A DNA stretch of 64,000 nt from a virus: positions 3,461-67,460 of IMG/VR virus record IMGVR_UViG_3300032116_000155; one strand, written 5' to 3'. Numbering within the stretch: position 1 is the first letter of the stretch; each line of letters opens with the position of its first letter. Below, one piece after another: positions 50,800-62,180 of this stretch. Below the pieces are notes generated by a model. The model did no database searches. It was not told the DNA's origin and worked only from the letters and a program-made list of their open reading frames with translations. The translations under genes and the position numbers were made by a program.

Positions 50800-52564
50800 A
50801 GATGATATAAAAATAGTTCTTGGTAGTGAAAGGTTTAAAAGCTCAACAAATACAGATTTATCTATACCGATAGGTTTGGATAATACTCAACGTGAATTGG
50901 ATGAATTTGATAGAGTTAGTAGTGTAAACCTAGCACAAGTATTTAATAATGAAAGGCAAAAATCTACAATATTTAGACCTACATCTAAGCTTAGTTTTAT
51001 ATTTAGCAATGAATATTCAGGTACCACAGGTGTCGGTGGAGGCTATTCTCCCTTCACAAATTATCTTTATTTGGTTAATGATACAAACTCTTTCTCGACA
51101 ACATCTTGGTCTGGATACCCACAATATGTAGAATTTGATTTCATTAGAACAGATTTTAATATATCGGGATATACAATTAATGATGGTTTAACGCCGCCGC
51201 ATGTTGACTTTGTTAAGAAGAGTGGTACAACATATAATTGGGGACAATATCTAAGTTATGCGTATGATAATGATTACGATAAAACAATGCAGTATTATTA
51301 TGAGGATGGTACGTCATATACTTGGAAGGCTTCAGATGGAATCCATTTTAAAGTATTAAGTCCATATAATGGGCTTGGTAAAGGTTTGATCTCATTTATA
51401 TGTATTAGCGAGCATAATTTATCGGTTGGGCAGTATGTTCAAATTAATGTTCCAGGCTATACGGGTGAAAGCTTATTACAGGTTTACTCACTTGGAAATG
51501 GGGGTTTCAATTCGGACAAATATATTTTTAACGTATTTAATTATGGGTTCCAGATAACAAATAATTCTTTGGGTACATTTAAAAAAATATTAGACATAAA
51601 TAACTCAGGGGAATCTATGTCAAGATATTATGTTAGACGTCATAAAATATTGACGAGTATAGATGACATTGTTTTAACAAAGTCTGGATTTGAGCAAAAT
51701 CCGTTTCAGAATAAAAATCAATTTGTTTATAGTTCCCAAACAAAAAATAATAAAGCAAAAATTGCACAAAAAGAAGGTAGTCAAAGCTATTTGATATCAT
51801 TTAAGAAAGATATTGACGTTAGCCAGTATTTTGACAATTTAAATAGACCGTTGAGCAAATTGTATGTGACAATAATAAACAAAGGATACTTTGGATGGTT
51901 CAACAAGCCAACTAATTTAAATGAACCGTATTCTTCAGGGCTAAGGCAGGGATTTGGATTTAATATAAATAGTTATTTATCGGAATATTGGTCAGCACAA
52001 AACTTTAATATCAATAAAACATCAATACCAACTAACAATTATACAAGGAATCAATATAAATTTTATTATAATGAAAATTTAAAAATAGGCGATATAGTTG
52101 ATGGAGATTTTTGTGAATATAATAATTTTGAGATGATAGAAAGGACTATATCAAAATTATGTCATAAAATTACTTATAATGCTGACATATTTAAGATATC
52201 CTATATACAAGGAGGAAACCCTGCAACGATAAATCAAAGAATTGCAAATCCTCAAGGGTATTATTATACGCCTCATTACTCTATAACCTTACGTGAATTT
52301 TCCACATATATTGAGGAAGGTAATAGCAAGAACATAGTTAATATTCCAAATTATGCTTTTTACTCAAGCAAAAGCAAACTAATAATTTGGAGGGATATGT
52401 ATGATTATGGTTATATAGATAATGATGGGGTTGGGGTAGACTATCCATTTTTAAATGGAACGCATTATCCTTCCAATGAGATTATATTCAAATTAATACC
52501 TGAAGGAGTTCAATCTGAAAATATAAATGTAATTTTTGATCCAAAGATAGATGAGTGCGAATAA
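50789..52564 (+). CDS. putative virion structural protein
   Basis: 591 aa, overlaps both neighbours in the baseplate operon. Confidence 0.55.
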   Translation: MGNRDDIKIVLGSERFKSSTNTDLSIPIGLDNTQRELDEFDRVSSVNLAQVFNNERQKSTIFRPTSKLSFIFSNEYSGTTGVGGGYSPFTNYLYLVNDTNSFSTTSWSGYPQYVEFDFIRTDFNISGYTINDGLTPPHVDFVKKSGTTYNWGQYLSYAYDNDYDKTMQYYYEDGTSYTWKASDGIHFKVLSPYNGLGKGLISFICISEHNLSVGQYVQINVPGYTGESLLQVYSLGNGGFNSDKYIFNVFNYGFQITNNSLGTFKKILDINNSGESMSRYYVRRHKILTSIDDIVLTKSGFEQNPFQNKNQFVYSSQTKNNKAKIAQKEGSQSYLISFKKDIDVSQYFDNLNRPLSKLYVTIINKGYFGWFNKPTNLNEPYSSGLRQGFGFNINSYLSEYWSAQNFNINKTSIPTNNYTRNQYKFYYNENLKIGDIVDGDFCEYNNFEMIERTISKLCHKITYNADIFKISYIQGGNPATINQRIANPQGYYYTPHYSITLREFSTYIEEGNSKNIVNIPNYAFYSSKSKLIIWRDMYDYGYIDNDGVGVDYPFLNGTHYPSNEIIFKLIPEGVQSENINVIFDPKIDECE

Positions 52565-53348
52565 ATATAAGATAGTTTTAAACCCAAATATTGAGAAAGA
52601 ATTAACATTGTCGATTCAAAACACGTGGGATTTTGAAGACAGGGGAGACTCTTTGGTTCAATATGAAGAAAATGTTATAAATGAAATAATAAATGGAGAC
52701 AAAGATTTTGAAGTTGTTAGGTTTTCACCAAAAGAGTATTTCATAAATAACAAAATGACCAGTGAAGTTAATTATGAATTTTATTTTGTACCAGAAGGTG
52801 CTGATATTAATAACACAACCTGGGTGACATCTTATGTAACTCAGGGATTTTCCTTAAATGAGATATATCAATATTCTAATTCATTTAAGAAATCATTTTT
52901 TAAATTAGATTTATATGATAGCACTAATTTAAAAATCCAAAAAAACTATATAACTATAGTATTACCGGTACAGCAAGGTGAGGTTGGTTTAGCTAATATA
53001 ATGGGAAGTCAGAAACAAATTAAAACTCCGAAGTTTAAATTAGATTATATTGGTAACAAAGAAGGTTTATTTGTCTATTGGTTAAAAAATCGTGATTATA
53101 TTAACCTGGATACTTTTTATATGACGGCAAAATTTTTTGACGCAAAAAGAGGTATTTTCATTAAAATGATGAATACTCAACAATCTTTATTGTTAGGTAA
53201 TATGTTTTCATTTCCGCAAGAAGATTATTTCTATTATAAAGTAAGCTTGGACTATACAGATTTTACATACAAGATATACAACTTAAATGACAATCCTGTT
53301 GGAGATTATTTGAACCCCATAAAATGGTATGAATACATTAACCCTTAA
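52551..53348 (+). CDS. putative virion structural protein
   Basis: 265 aa, aromatic/beta-rich, in the baseplate operon. Confidence 0.55.
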   Translation: MSANKYKIVLNPNIEKELTLSIQNTWDFEDRGDSLVQYEENVINEIINGDKDFEVVRFSPKEYFINNKMTSEVNYEFYFVPEGADINNTTWVTSYVTQGFSLNEIYQYSNSFKKSFFKLDLYDSTNLKIQKNYITIVLPVQQGEVGLANIMGSQKQIKTPKFKLDYIGNKEGLFVYWLKNRDYINLDTFYMTAKFFDAKRGIFIKMMNTQQSLLLGNMFSFPQEDYFYYKVSLDYTDFTYKIYNLNDNPVGDYLNPIKWYEYINP

Positions 53349-54438
53349 TTATAATATAAAAATATCTCCGGAGAACATAAGTGGAGATTTAGTTAAAGTT
53401 TGTTATCCATCAGGCTCAACATATTCTAGTGGTTGCACGTATGTTTATAGTGCAATGACAGATATTTTATCTGGGGGTACTAACGGATCGTCACTTTTAA
53501 CAGGGTTAACTGTTCCAATATTATTGACCCAGAGTGCTAATGATGTGGGGTATTATTCAGTATTTGACGGAGCTATTTTGCAGTACGATGCTGTAACTAA
53601 TTTTATATTTTCAGGTATTAATACAAATCCATACACTTGTTATGTATACAACACATCTAGGCAAAGTTATAATAATTTTCTAGATCTATCATCATATAGT
53701 ATTGATTGGGGTGATGGTAGTTTATTGGAAAACATTACAAAATTTTCGCCTGAATATATTACCCATGCATATCTTTCACAAGGGGAATATGTCATCAAAC
53801 TTACACAGAATACACCCTGGGGTATAAATACAGTTGAAAAAACCGTATCAATACCTTTTAGCGGATTAACAATACCAAATCCAAATGGTACTGCATATTT
53901 TAGTCCTAATGTAGGCTCTTGGTCTGGAACTAAAATATCTTATGACTATATCTTTACCGGAGATTCTGAGAATAATGTTGAGTCACAAATTAGCTCAAAC
54001 TATACTAGTGTGCCTTTTTTAATTTCTGGCTATACTAAATCTAGATTAACGGAACTTAAACAATATGGACCGGTTCCGTACATTGTAAATAAAATAATTA
54101 CTGATTACCTTGGTGAGTTTTTTGGTGTTGTAAATGAAATTACAAACACATATACAGGGTATACTATACAAAATATAAAATATTTCGATTATTTAGATAA
54201 CATAACAATATTCATAGTTGAAAGCTCCGGATTTACAAGCGATTGGTTGGTATCGGAGCCAATAATCAAAGATGAATCACTGATCAATATTGTTTACGCC
54301 CCAGAGGTTCAGTCAGATATTTTTATCGAAAGAGGTAAAAATAGTGTATTGGAAAGAATACAAAGATTGGGGGAAGTTGACAATCTTGGGGACTTAGAAA
54401 ATTACGGTTATGGCTTTTTTAAATTAAGAAAACTTTAG
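53329..54438 (+). CDS. virion protein with PKD-like domain
   Basis: IDWGDGS...HAY...GEYVIKL PKD signature. Confidence 0.65.
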   Translation: MNTLTLNYNIKISPENISGDLVKVCYPSGSTYSSGCTYVYSAMTDILSGGTNGSSLLTGLTVPILLTQSANDVGYYSVFDGAILQYDAVTNFIFSGINTNPYTCYVYNTSRQSYNNFLDLSSYSIDWGDGSLLENITKFSPEYITHAYLSQGEYVIKLTQNTPWGINTVEKTVSIPFSGLTIPNPNGTAYFSPNVGSWSGTKISYDYIFTGDSENNVESQISSNYTSVPFLISGYTKSRLTELKQYGPVPYIVNKIITDYLGEFFGVVNEITNTYTGYTIQNIKYFDYLDNITIFIVESSGFTSDWLVSEPIIKDESLINIVYAPEVQSDIFIERGKNSVLERIQRLGEVDNLGDLENYGYGFFKLRKL

Positions 54439-54468
54439 AGATAAATATTTATAAGATAATTAACAAAC

Positions 54469-55377
54469 ATGGCAATTGGAACATATGGAACGATTAGAGG
54501 TGCGGATGTATCACCGGAAGATGTCGATATAATTTTACATTATACACCATCAAGAGATTCTACTGATAATTTTGTTTTAAAATCTTTAGATGCTAAAACA
54601 ATATTGCGACCTTATTTTAATAATCAAAATACAGGGGGTAATGCAAATATTGAAATTCTTGGGGGGTTATATAATTTAACCCTACCTTCAACAGAATTTA
54701 ATGCGTTAGGAATATATACAATGTATATTAGACCGGCACAGATTAGAACAACTATTAATGATTGTGGAGTTTTATCTGCTTTGCCTAACGTAAAAGGTAT
54801 AATAATTAATTTAGATACGGTACCATCTCAATTTAGAAATAAATTCATAGCCCAGGGTTTAGTAGGTTACAGGGTTGAGTATTTAAATACGGATGGTAGT
54901 AAAATTCCAAATTTTTTCAGAGTAATAACATCTAATTTCTTTTGTGAGCCTGTAACACAAAATTTAACAAACACATCACAGAAAGCTATAAGGTATAGAT
55001 ATGTTGAAGGTGTAACAAATTTAGTTTTTTGCACATTAACCCCATCTTCGGCTCCGACTAATAAACCAAACGCGACACCGTTTATTGGGCAGCCGAATCA
55101 AAGTATTATATTAACTAATACATTTTTTAATCCTATAACTTTAGACATTGAATTAGTTGATCAGGATATTTCAACATTGGGTATAGCACTATATGGTAAT
55201 CAAACAAAATCGATTGATGATGGTATATATACAATATATGATAACCAAAACAATATATACAAACAGTATAATTTATACGAAGTAAGAGATGGGTTCAATA
55301 CGTTATTATATGAAGTAAGACAGGACAGAGGTAATAATATTGATTTTAGTAAAAACTTTTCAACTATAACACAATAA
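54469..55377 (+). CDS. putative baseplate structural protein
   Basis: 302 aa, TATTTAT upstream, coupled (TAATG) to the next wedge gene. Confidence 0.55.
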   Translation: MAIGTYGTIRGADVSPEDVDIILHYTPSRDSTDNFVLKSLDAKTILRPYFNNQNTGGNANIEILGGLYNLTLPSTEFNALGIYTMYIRPAQIRTTINDCGVLSALPNVKGIIINLDTVPSQFRNKFIAQGLVGYRVEYLNTDGSKIPNFFRVITSNFFCEPVTQNLTNTSQKAIRYRYVEGVTNLVFCTLTPSSAPTNKPNATPFIGQPNQSIILTNTFFNPITLDIELVDQDISTLGIALYGNQTKSIDDGIYTIYDNQNNIYKQYNLYEVRDGFNTLLYEVRQDRGNNIDFSKNFSTITQ

Positions 55378-58361
55378 TGTCTAGACCATTTTACAAATAT
55401 CCACCAGTACCTTCAAGCGGTGCTGGTACTTTTTCAGATGAGATCGTTGGGTTACAACTTGTAACTGGCGGAGGCTTGACTTTAGCTAACTTCCAGTTTA
55501 CAACATCTTTAAGTGAAAAGATTAATACTAATTTTAATATTGGAGCATTTTCTGATCCGATATCGTTAGACACTTTGAATATTGAGACTATAGCAGAATC
55601 TAAAGCGATAATCTCAAAAGAATTTAGAGTTTACCCGAATTTTGACTTATCTGAAATATCTAGTTTTGTATTATATGGCCCGTTAACAAAACGACTTTCG
55701 ACTTCAGTCACTAAGATTATAAATTATTTTCCTGGGGCTCTAGAAGTTTCGTATATAAATAATTTAGCGATATCTGGATATACAGCTATAGATGCGATCT
55801 ATGATAGTGTTGATGATAGTACAACTTTCAAGGTTGATATTGAAAAAATAAGTAATCCTTTTTCAGTTGATTTTACAACTAATTCAGCAATTAATATTGG
55901 TGCATTAGAATTTGAGGTATCATATTTAAGAAACCTAGCAAAAGAATATTCAAAATATTCTTTATATATAAACGATCTAGAGTTCCCCCTATTATATTTG
56001 GAACCTACACCTAGTTTGTTTACCGGATTTTTAGAGTTAACAGTAAAAGGAAATCCTTTTTCGGGCCAAGTTACTTCGTTAGAATATCTTGTCATTAGGC
56101 CTAATGATTTTTATGCTGACAAAGCATTCATAGAGCCTTTTGATGAGATACAGCAGTACTTGTTAAATAGGCTAATAATTCCTAAGTATACTGCTAATTT
56201 CCAGATTCCGAAGCAAACGGATGATGGGTTATTTTATACAGATTTCGACAGTGTAACCTGGCCATTATTAGGGGTTTGGAATTTAGATATACAAACAGCT
56301 TCGTTTGATTACTATATAAGTAGGCTTAGTGATATAGCAGACTCATTTGATTCTTTTAAAACTAATTTAGTATCTAGATTTTTAACAACACAATCGTTTA
56401 AAGATTTTGATACCTCAGATCAAAGAGTTCAAAAGTTATTAACCATATATGGTAGAAGCTTTGATGAGGTAAAAAAGTTTATTGATGCGTTAGCTCACAT
56501 TACCTCAGTTAATTATGTTGTTAAAAATGATATTCCTTCTCAATTACTAAAGAATTTAGCACAAACTTTGGGATGGAATATCAATATATCACCAATAACA
56601 AATGATGATTTTTTAAATTCTATTTTTAACACATCATCTAAAATTGAATACCCAGGATTTTCCAGGGCGAATACACCAACAGAGTTAAATTATCAGTTTT
56701 ATCGGAACTTGATAATGAATTCTGCTTATTTGTTTAAATCTAAGGGAACAAGACGTTCAATTGAATTTATGCTTAGGCTTGTTGGGGCACCAGAGGCTCT
56801 AGTTGAATTTAATGAACATATTTACATTGCCGGAGAAAGAATAAATATGTCATCTTTCGGTCAGCAGTTTTCGCAAATAAGTGGATCTACTTATATACAA
56901 CAGATACCAATATATGATAGTGGGTCAACTTTTAGCATTTTAGGTGTTAAATATAGTGCGTTTACAACTACTAATGTTGTTAACAATGTCATTGTTTTCC
57001 GTGAAAATTATCCGGTAGATGATGAAGGCTTCCCTAAAGCTCCAACAGAATCTAATAACTATTTTTTCCAGCAAGGTGCTGGTTGGTATGAACTAACAAA
57101 GGACCATCAAAGTCCTTTGATTATCAATACATCCGATAGTACTTTCACAGGTAATTCATTTAATTTAAAAGCTGAATTTCAACCATTTACTTACGGACAA
57201 AAATACTTAGAGAGGTTTAGGAATTTTCCTTATATGACATTAGGTTACAATATAAGTAAAATAACAGATAACAAGAAAAGTTGGGTTAATACTGATACGG
57301 ATGTTAGACTTGGAACGAAAGGTAGTAATTATGATGCCTATTACCGAATTTCTAATGAAAAATTGGTATTGAATGTTAAGAATACGGACATTTTCTTAAA
57401 GCCATCACAAGGCCTTGAGTACGATGTGTGGTATATGTCTAACAATTTTAATTACCCTATACCATCTACCGGGTTAACATCACCATATCCTGAACCTGGA
57501 GGTATTGATTGGACGGTAATAAACCCTATGCCTAGCAAAAAATCATTTTTTGAATTTGCTCAGTCATTTTGGTTTAACATGATCAATGTTAGAAACCGTC
57601 AATTCATTAATGACGGTAAAACTGGTGGCTATCCTACATTACAGTCATTATGGTGGAAGTATATTGAATCAGACGTTAAAGTTAATATACCTAATGATAA
57701 CTATACATATCAAACTATGATTGATTACATCAATGGTTTAGGTACGTATTGGATTAGGCTTGTTGAACAAATGGTTCCTGCTACAACAATTTGGATGGGG
57801 GGGGCAAAATTTGATAACTCAATATTTCATAGACAAAAATTTGTTTATAGATTACAGAGGGGTTGCAGAATATTGCCATTACCTTGTGATCCAGATGTTA
57901 TTAACACATTTTTATTCCCTTCGACATGTGTAAATGAAAATATAGAACCATATATATTTCCTTGGGATAATGAAAATAACGCAGTATCTTCATTTAAGGA
58001 TGTGTTATATACGGTTGTTACTAATTATCTGGATGAGCAATCAATTAACTTAAGTGGGTGTGTTGAGAATACGATAATATCGACTTGGTTTATGGACATT
58101 AGATATGACAATGTTCCAATTTTACAAAAAGAAATATATACGGGTTACGGTTTTAATGATGTGCCATCTAATAACCTATGGCTAACAACTCTACAAACTT
58201 ATTTACCGGATATATTGACTAGTTATGGGTTAGGAGTAATATTTAATATTGACATAGATAAACCAACAATATTTATTTACAATTTAGGTTGTGATCCTAA
58301 CTTTTTAAATAAAGAATTTGAATTGAATGTAGGTATTCAATTCTCAATAAGATGTGATTAA
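55377..58361 (+). CDS. baseplate wedge protein (gp7 / P2 gpI-like)
   Basis: [15 protein letters not shown] and [21 protein letters not shown] motifs. Confidence 0.7.
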   Translation: MSRPFYKYPPVPSSGAGTFSDEIVGLQLVTGGGLTLANFQFTTSLSEKINTNFNIGAFSDPISLDTLNIETIAESKAIISKEFRVYPNFDLSEISSFVLYGPLTKRLSTSVTKIINYFPGALEVSYINNLAISGYTAIDAIYDSVDDSTTFKVDIEKISNPFSVDFTTNSAINIGALEFEVSYLRNLAKEYSKYSLYINDLEFPLLYLEPTPSLFTGFLELTVKGNPFSGQVTSLEYLVIRPNDFYADKAFIEPFDEIQQYLLNRLIIPKYTANFQIPKQTDDGLFYTDFDSVTWPLLGVWNLDIQTASFDYYISRLSDIADSFDSFKTNLVSRFLTTQSFKDFDTSDQRVQKLLTIYGRSFDEVKKFIDALAHITSVNYVVKNDIPSQLLKNLAQTLGWNINISPITNDDFLNSIFNTSSKIEYPGFSRANTPTELNYQFYRNLIMNSAYLFKSKGTRRSIEFMLRLVGAPEALVEFNEHIYIAGERINMSSFGQQFSQISGSTYIQQIPIYDSGSTFSILGVKYSAFTTTNVVNNVIVFRENYPVDDEGFPKAPTESNNYFFQQGAGWYELTKDHQSPLIINTSDSTFTGNSFNLKAEFQPFTYGQKYLERFRNFPYMTLGYNISKITDNKKSWVNTDTDVRLGTKGSNYDAYYRISNEKLVLNVKNTDIFLKPSQGLEYDVWYMSNNFNYPIPSTGLTSPYPEPGGIDWTVINPMPSKKSFFEFAQSFWFNMINVRNRQFINDGKTGGYPTLQSLWWKYIESDVKVNIPNDNYTYQTMIDYINGLGTYWIRLVEQMVPATTIWMGGAKFDNSIFHRQKFVYRLQRGCRILPLPCDPDVINTFLFPSTCVNENIEPYIFPWDNENNAVSSFKDVLYTVVTNYLDEQSINLSGCVENTIISTWFMDIRYDNVPILQKEIYTGYGFNDVPSNNLWLTTLQTYLPDILTSYGLGVIFNIDIDKPTIFIYNLGCDPNFLNKEFELNVGIQFSIRCD

Positions 58362-61261
58362 TGGCAGCATATAATGTATCTATAACGGGTGATTGTAGTA
58401 ATATGAGTTCTGGGGCAATAACTCTTGCTCCTCTATTTGGCGTACCACCATATACAATTGATTGGCAGAACCCATCGTTAAGTGCGGATACATCTGTAAC
58501 ACAATCAACTAGAACAGGTCTGTCCGCTGGAACATACAGTATTTTAGTAACAGATTCAACGACACCAGATAATCAATATTTAAATGTTCTTATACATGTA
58601 TCTTCAGGTGTTTGTGCTTCAATAGTTTCAAATGTTGAGGCAACATGTGGTAATGATAATGGCACATTAACTGTGTCGGCGACTACACCATATAATCCGG
58701 TTTCTTGTTATCTTTATGAATACGATGGAACATCATCTGGAACTTATATTACGTCTGCGACAACCTCGAATACATATACATTTAATGGGTTAGCCTCTGG
58801 GTTATATTATGTAGAAATTATTGATGGAGGAGGGTGTAGTGGTTCTACAGGCACTTGCGTAATAGAAACAACACCTGTGTTTGATTTCGGAATATACTCA
58901 GTAGGTAATGCTGGTTGCACTAATGAACTAACAGGTGCTTTAATTGTAACAGGGTTAACGGCAACTGGCCCAGTTACATACTTATGGAGCAATGGTGAAA
59001 TAACACCGTCAATAACAGGATTAACAGCCGGTGTTTATAGTGTAACGATTACAGATTTAAATGGCTGTTCGATAACAAAAAGCGGTACTGTTGTAACTGA
59101 AGATCCTTTGGGCTTGGTTGGTATAACAACTATTTCACCTACATGTTTTAATTCGGATGGAATCATTACTGTTAATATATCAGGAGGCACAGCACCATAT
59201 TATTATCAGTTATCTAATGGATATAGTGAAATAACATACTTAACAACAAAAACTTTTGATAATTTAAGTTCGGGAGTGTACACAATTACTGTGCAAGACG
59301 CAGCATTTTGCAGTGATAGTCAAACAGTTCAGTTACTAACACCTAATGCGTTTAATTCTGTTTCTGTTGTAAAGTCAAACTCTATTTGTGGTTTAAATAA
59401 TGGTTCGATAACCATTAGTGCGGATGGGGGTAATGTGCCTTATACCTTTTTATTAATTGGTCCTAATTTTAGTACACAAACTTTTGTTGGTTATCCCTCA
59501 CATACTTTTTCTGGCCTAGAGTCTGGGACATATACTGTTAGTATTTCAAATCCAGGAGGTTGCGAATATGTAGAAATAGTTGAAATAGATAATCAGCCAT
59601 TATTTAATTATAATGTTTCTGTTACAGGAATATCTTGTAATAGTAAATTTGGTGTGGTTAAAATTGATGTTGATACGCCTGGGCTATATACGTATCAGCT
59701 TGGCCCCCAAGTTATCTCAAATACGAGTCAACAGAGTGTTACTTTTACTAACTTATTGGCCGGAATATATACTTTATTTATAGAAAATGCCGATCCTAAT
59801 CAGCCAAAATGTGCGGTATCTCAGCAGGTTTCAATAATAAAAACACCTAATTTACAGTATTCTTTAGTACCCACAGAATGTGGCTTAGGTGGTGATGGTA
59901 CAATTACAGCTCTAATCACAACAGGAACTCCCCCATTTACATTTGAATGGTCTCCTAATGTTAATGGTCAGACTGGAATATATGTTACCAATTTAACGGC
60001 AGGAACATATAGTGTTAAAATAACAGATGCTAATTCATGTTCTGTCACAAAAACAACTTTAATCAAATGTTCTGATTATATTACATCATCATATTCGTTA
60101 TATAATGTATCTCAGGCTACATTTGAGACGAATGATAATACCATTCTTAGTTTAGAGAAGATGCTAGGGGATGGCTATTTGCAATTAACTAGTGGTGAAA
60201 CAGGTTGTTATCTTTCAAAAGCAGACTTTTTTGTTTTAGTAACAGTTGGTGGTACTGGATATACTGGCAGTAGTTTTTACACAAGTACATCATTATCTAA
60301 TTATCCTACAAATCAACAATATATAAATGCTTTAGAGACACTAGTTGAAACAATACCTGGAATAGGTTCGATATCCATTAATGGTAATAATCTACAAATT
60401 TCTAGTGATTGTCAAAAAGAACTTACGGATAAAAATATAAAAATAGATGTATTAATACAATATGAAGTTTGTTGCCAACAACCGTTACCAACACCTACCG
60501 AGACTCCAACGCCTACGGTTAGTCCTACGCCTACGACGAGCCCAACACCAACACAGACTCCGTTGTTTACGCCAACGCCGACTGTTAGCCCAACACCGAC
60601 AGTTACTCCGACTCAGACGTTAGTTCCTACACCGACAACAAGTCCTACGGCAACACCAATACCAACTCCGACGCCTACACCTGGACCAGGTGGTTTTGCA
60701 TATCTATTCATTGAACCATATAGTGCGAGAACAAATATTAATACTTGGATGAGTTCACAAGGTAGTGCTTGGAGGGGATATAATATTAATTCTCCGTCAA
60801 CAGTTCAAGCTACATTTGAAAATGAAATTAGAGCTTACATAGACTATCCTAATTGGGGGTTAAGTGGAACTCCAGATGTTATAACTGCGGAGATTGATAC
60901 AGTTTCCGGTGGTTTTGATGCGTACAATAACCCTATTGAGGCATATATCTTCCAAACAACAAGAGTTGCTAGCACAGAATTACCTACATCAGAATTTGCT
61001 TGGTACACATGGTTAGTTGAAACAGGGTTAACTAACGGCCAGAAATATTCTACCATAGGTGTCAATACTGCGGGTAATAGTTCTAGTTTGAGTTACAAAA
61101 CATTAGAACCGACATATTATGAATTAACAGTACAATACAGTGGTGGTACTAATTTACCTGCTGGCACATATAGGGTGTATTCTACATATATAAACACAGA
61201 ATTTAAGTTACAGAATTTAGGTAGCGATATTTACTTTAGGGGTGGAACATTAGTACCATAA
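58361..61261 (+). CDS. fibre/adhesin protein with SprB-like repeats, Pro-Thr linker and duplicated C-terminal domain
   Basis: About six repeats of C...DG.I.V..GG..PY.Y.W......GL.AG.Y.V.V.D..GC. PT linker at about 60487-60690. Confidence 0.75.
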   Translation: MAAYNVSITGDCSNMSSGAITLAPLFGVPPYTIDWQNPSLSADTSVTQSTRTGLSAGTYSILVTDSTTPDNQYLNVLIHVSSGVCASIVSNVEATCGNDNGTLTVSATTPYNPVSCYLYEYDGTSSGTYITSATTSNTYTFNGLASGLYYVEIIDGGGCSGSTGTCVIETTPVFDFGIYSVGNAGCTNELTGALIVTGLTATGPVTYLWSNGEITPSITGLTAGVYSVTITDLNGCSITKSGTVVTEDPLGLVGITTISPTCFNSDGIITVNISGGTAPYYYQLSNGYSEITYLTTKTFDNLSSGVYTITVQDAAFCSDSQTVQLLTPNAFNSVSVVKSNSICGLNNGSITISADGGNVPYTFLLIGPNFSTQTFVGYPSHTFSGLESGTYTVSISNPGGCEYVEIVEIDNQPLFNYNVSVTGISCNSKFGVVKIDVDTPGLYTYQLGPQVISNTSQQSVTFTNLLAGIYTLFIENADPNQPKCAVSQQVSIIKTPNLQYSLVPTECGLGGDGTITALITTGTPPFTFEWSPNVNGQTGIYVTNLTAGTYSVKITDANSCSVTKTTLIKCSDYITSSYSLYNVSQATFETNDNTILSLEKMLGDGYLQLTSGETGCYLSKADFFVLVTVGGTGYTGSSFYTSTSLSNYPTNQQYINALETLVETIPGIGSISINGNNLQISSDCQKELTDKNIKIDVLIQYEVCCQQPLPTPTETPTPTVSPTPTTSPTPTQTPLFTPTPTVSPTPTVTPTQTLVPTPTTSPTATPIPTPTPTPGPGGFAYLFIEPYSARTNINTWMSSQGSAWRGYNINSPSTVQATFENEIRAYIDYPNWGLSGTPDVITAEIDTVSGGFDAYNNPIEAYIFQTTRVASTELPTSEFAWYTWLVETGLTNGQKYSTIGVNTAGNSSSLSYKTLEPTYYELTVQYSGGTNLPAGTYRVYSTYINTEFKLQNLGSDIYFRGGTLVP

Positions 61262-61283
61262 TTTATTTATAAACTAAGAAATA

Positions 61284-62165
61284 GTGGCAGCATCAATAAC
61301 AATAACTAATATTACAGGATCATCACCATACGATATATATGTTTGTAATTCGTATGGTGGTGGTTGTGTGCTTGTTGGATCTGGAACAACAACAGTCCCA
61401 GTCACTATAACATTACCGTCTGTTTTTGATTTTGCTCCGCTAGTTACGATTAAGATTGTAGATTCTAATGATTGCGTAACATCACATCTATATAACTGTA
61501 CGATACCTCCGACACCTACTCAGACACCAACACCTACAGTAAGTCCGACACCTACATCAACACCAACACCTACACCAACACCAACACCGTTAAACGGGGG
61601 GTATGCTTATTTATTAATTGAGCCTTATTCAGCAAGAACAACATTTAACTCTTGGATGACATCACAAGGTAGCAATTGGAGAGGATTTAACATAAATTCA
61701 CCTTCTATTATTCAAAATACTTTCGAATCTGAATTTATTACTTATTTAGATTACCCTGGATGGGGGTCTGCGTCACCCGCAATTAGAAAAGAGTTTATAT
61801 CGTATAGCTCAGGAGGTTTTGACTCTTTTGGTAATCCTATTGAAGCCTATATATTCCAAACACATGAGGTTCCAAATACAGTGTTAAATGAGAACGAGTT
61901 TGCTTGGTATACTTGGCTAGTTGAAACAGGGTTAACTAATGGACAAAAATACTCAACAATTGGCGTTAGTACAAATGGTAGCAGCTCATCATTGTCAGAA
62001 AAATACTTAGAATCTACTTATTACGAGTTAACAGTGCAATATGGGGGGTCTCCAACAATACCAGCAGGTACGTATAGAGTATACACGACATATATAAATT
62101 CCGAGTTCAAAATTAAAAATTTAAGTAATAATATATATTTCAGAGGTGGTAATTTGACTCAATAA
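61284..62165 (+). CDS. short fibre/decoration protein with Pro-Thr linker and paralogous C-terminal domain
   Basis: GTG start after TATTTAT. 3-Cys N-domain, PT linker, C-domain closely similar to that of the upstream gene. Confidence 0.75.
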   Translation: MAASITITNITGSSPYDIYVCNSYGGGCVLVGSGTTTVPVTITLPSVFDFAPLVTIKIVDSNDCVTSHLYNCTIPPTPTQTPTPTVSPTPTSTPTPTPTPTPLNGGYAYLLIEPYSARTTFNSWMTSQGSNWRGFNINSPSIIQNTFESEFITYLDYPGWGSASPAIRKEFISYSSGGFDSFGNPIEAYIFQTHEVPNTVLNENEFAWYTWLVETGLTNGQKYSTIGVSTNGSSSSLSEKYLESTYYELTVQYGGSPTIPAGTYRVYTTYINSEFKIKNLSNNIYFRGGNLTQ

Positions 62166-62180
62166 GATATTTACTAATAT

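Noticed and set aside
11342-58361. Bacterial contractile injection system (eCIS/tailocin)
   Set aside because: Interleaved with neck genes, DNA polymerase, helicase, SSB and RNR, which indicates a phage genome.
62-61065. Many short (about 60-110 aa) antisense or off-frame ORFs inside long genes
   Set aside because: Nested in well-supported genes with no motifs, as expected by chance. Only 19238..19438 was kept.
60692-62162. Possible diversity-generating retroelement TR/VR pair
   Set aside because: Differences are mostly third-position and not adenine-specific, both copies are coding, and there is no reverse transcriptase in the window.
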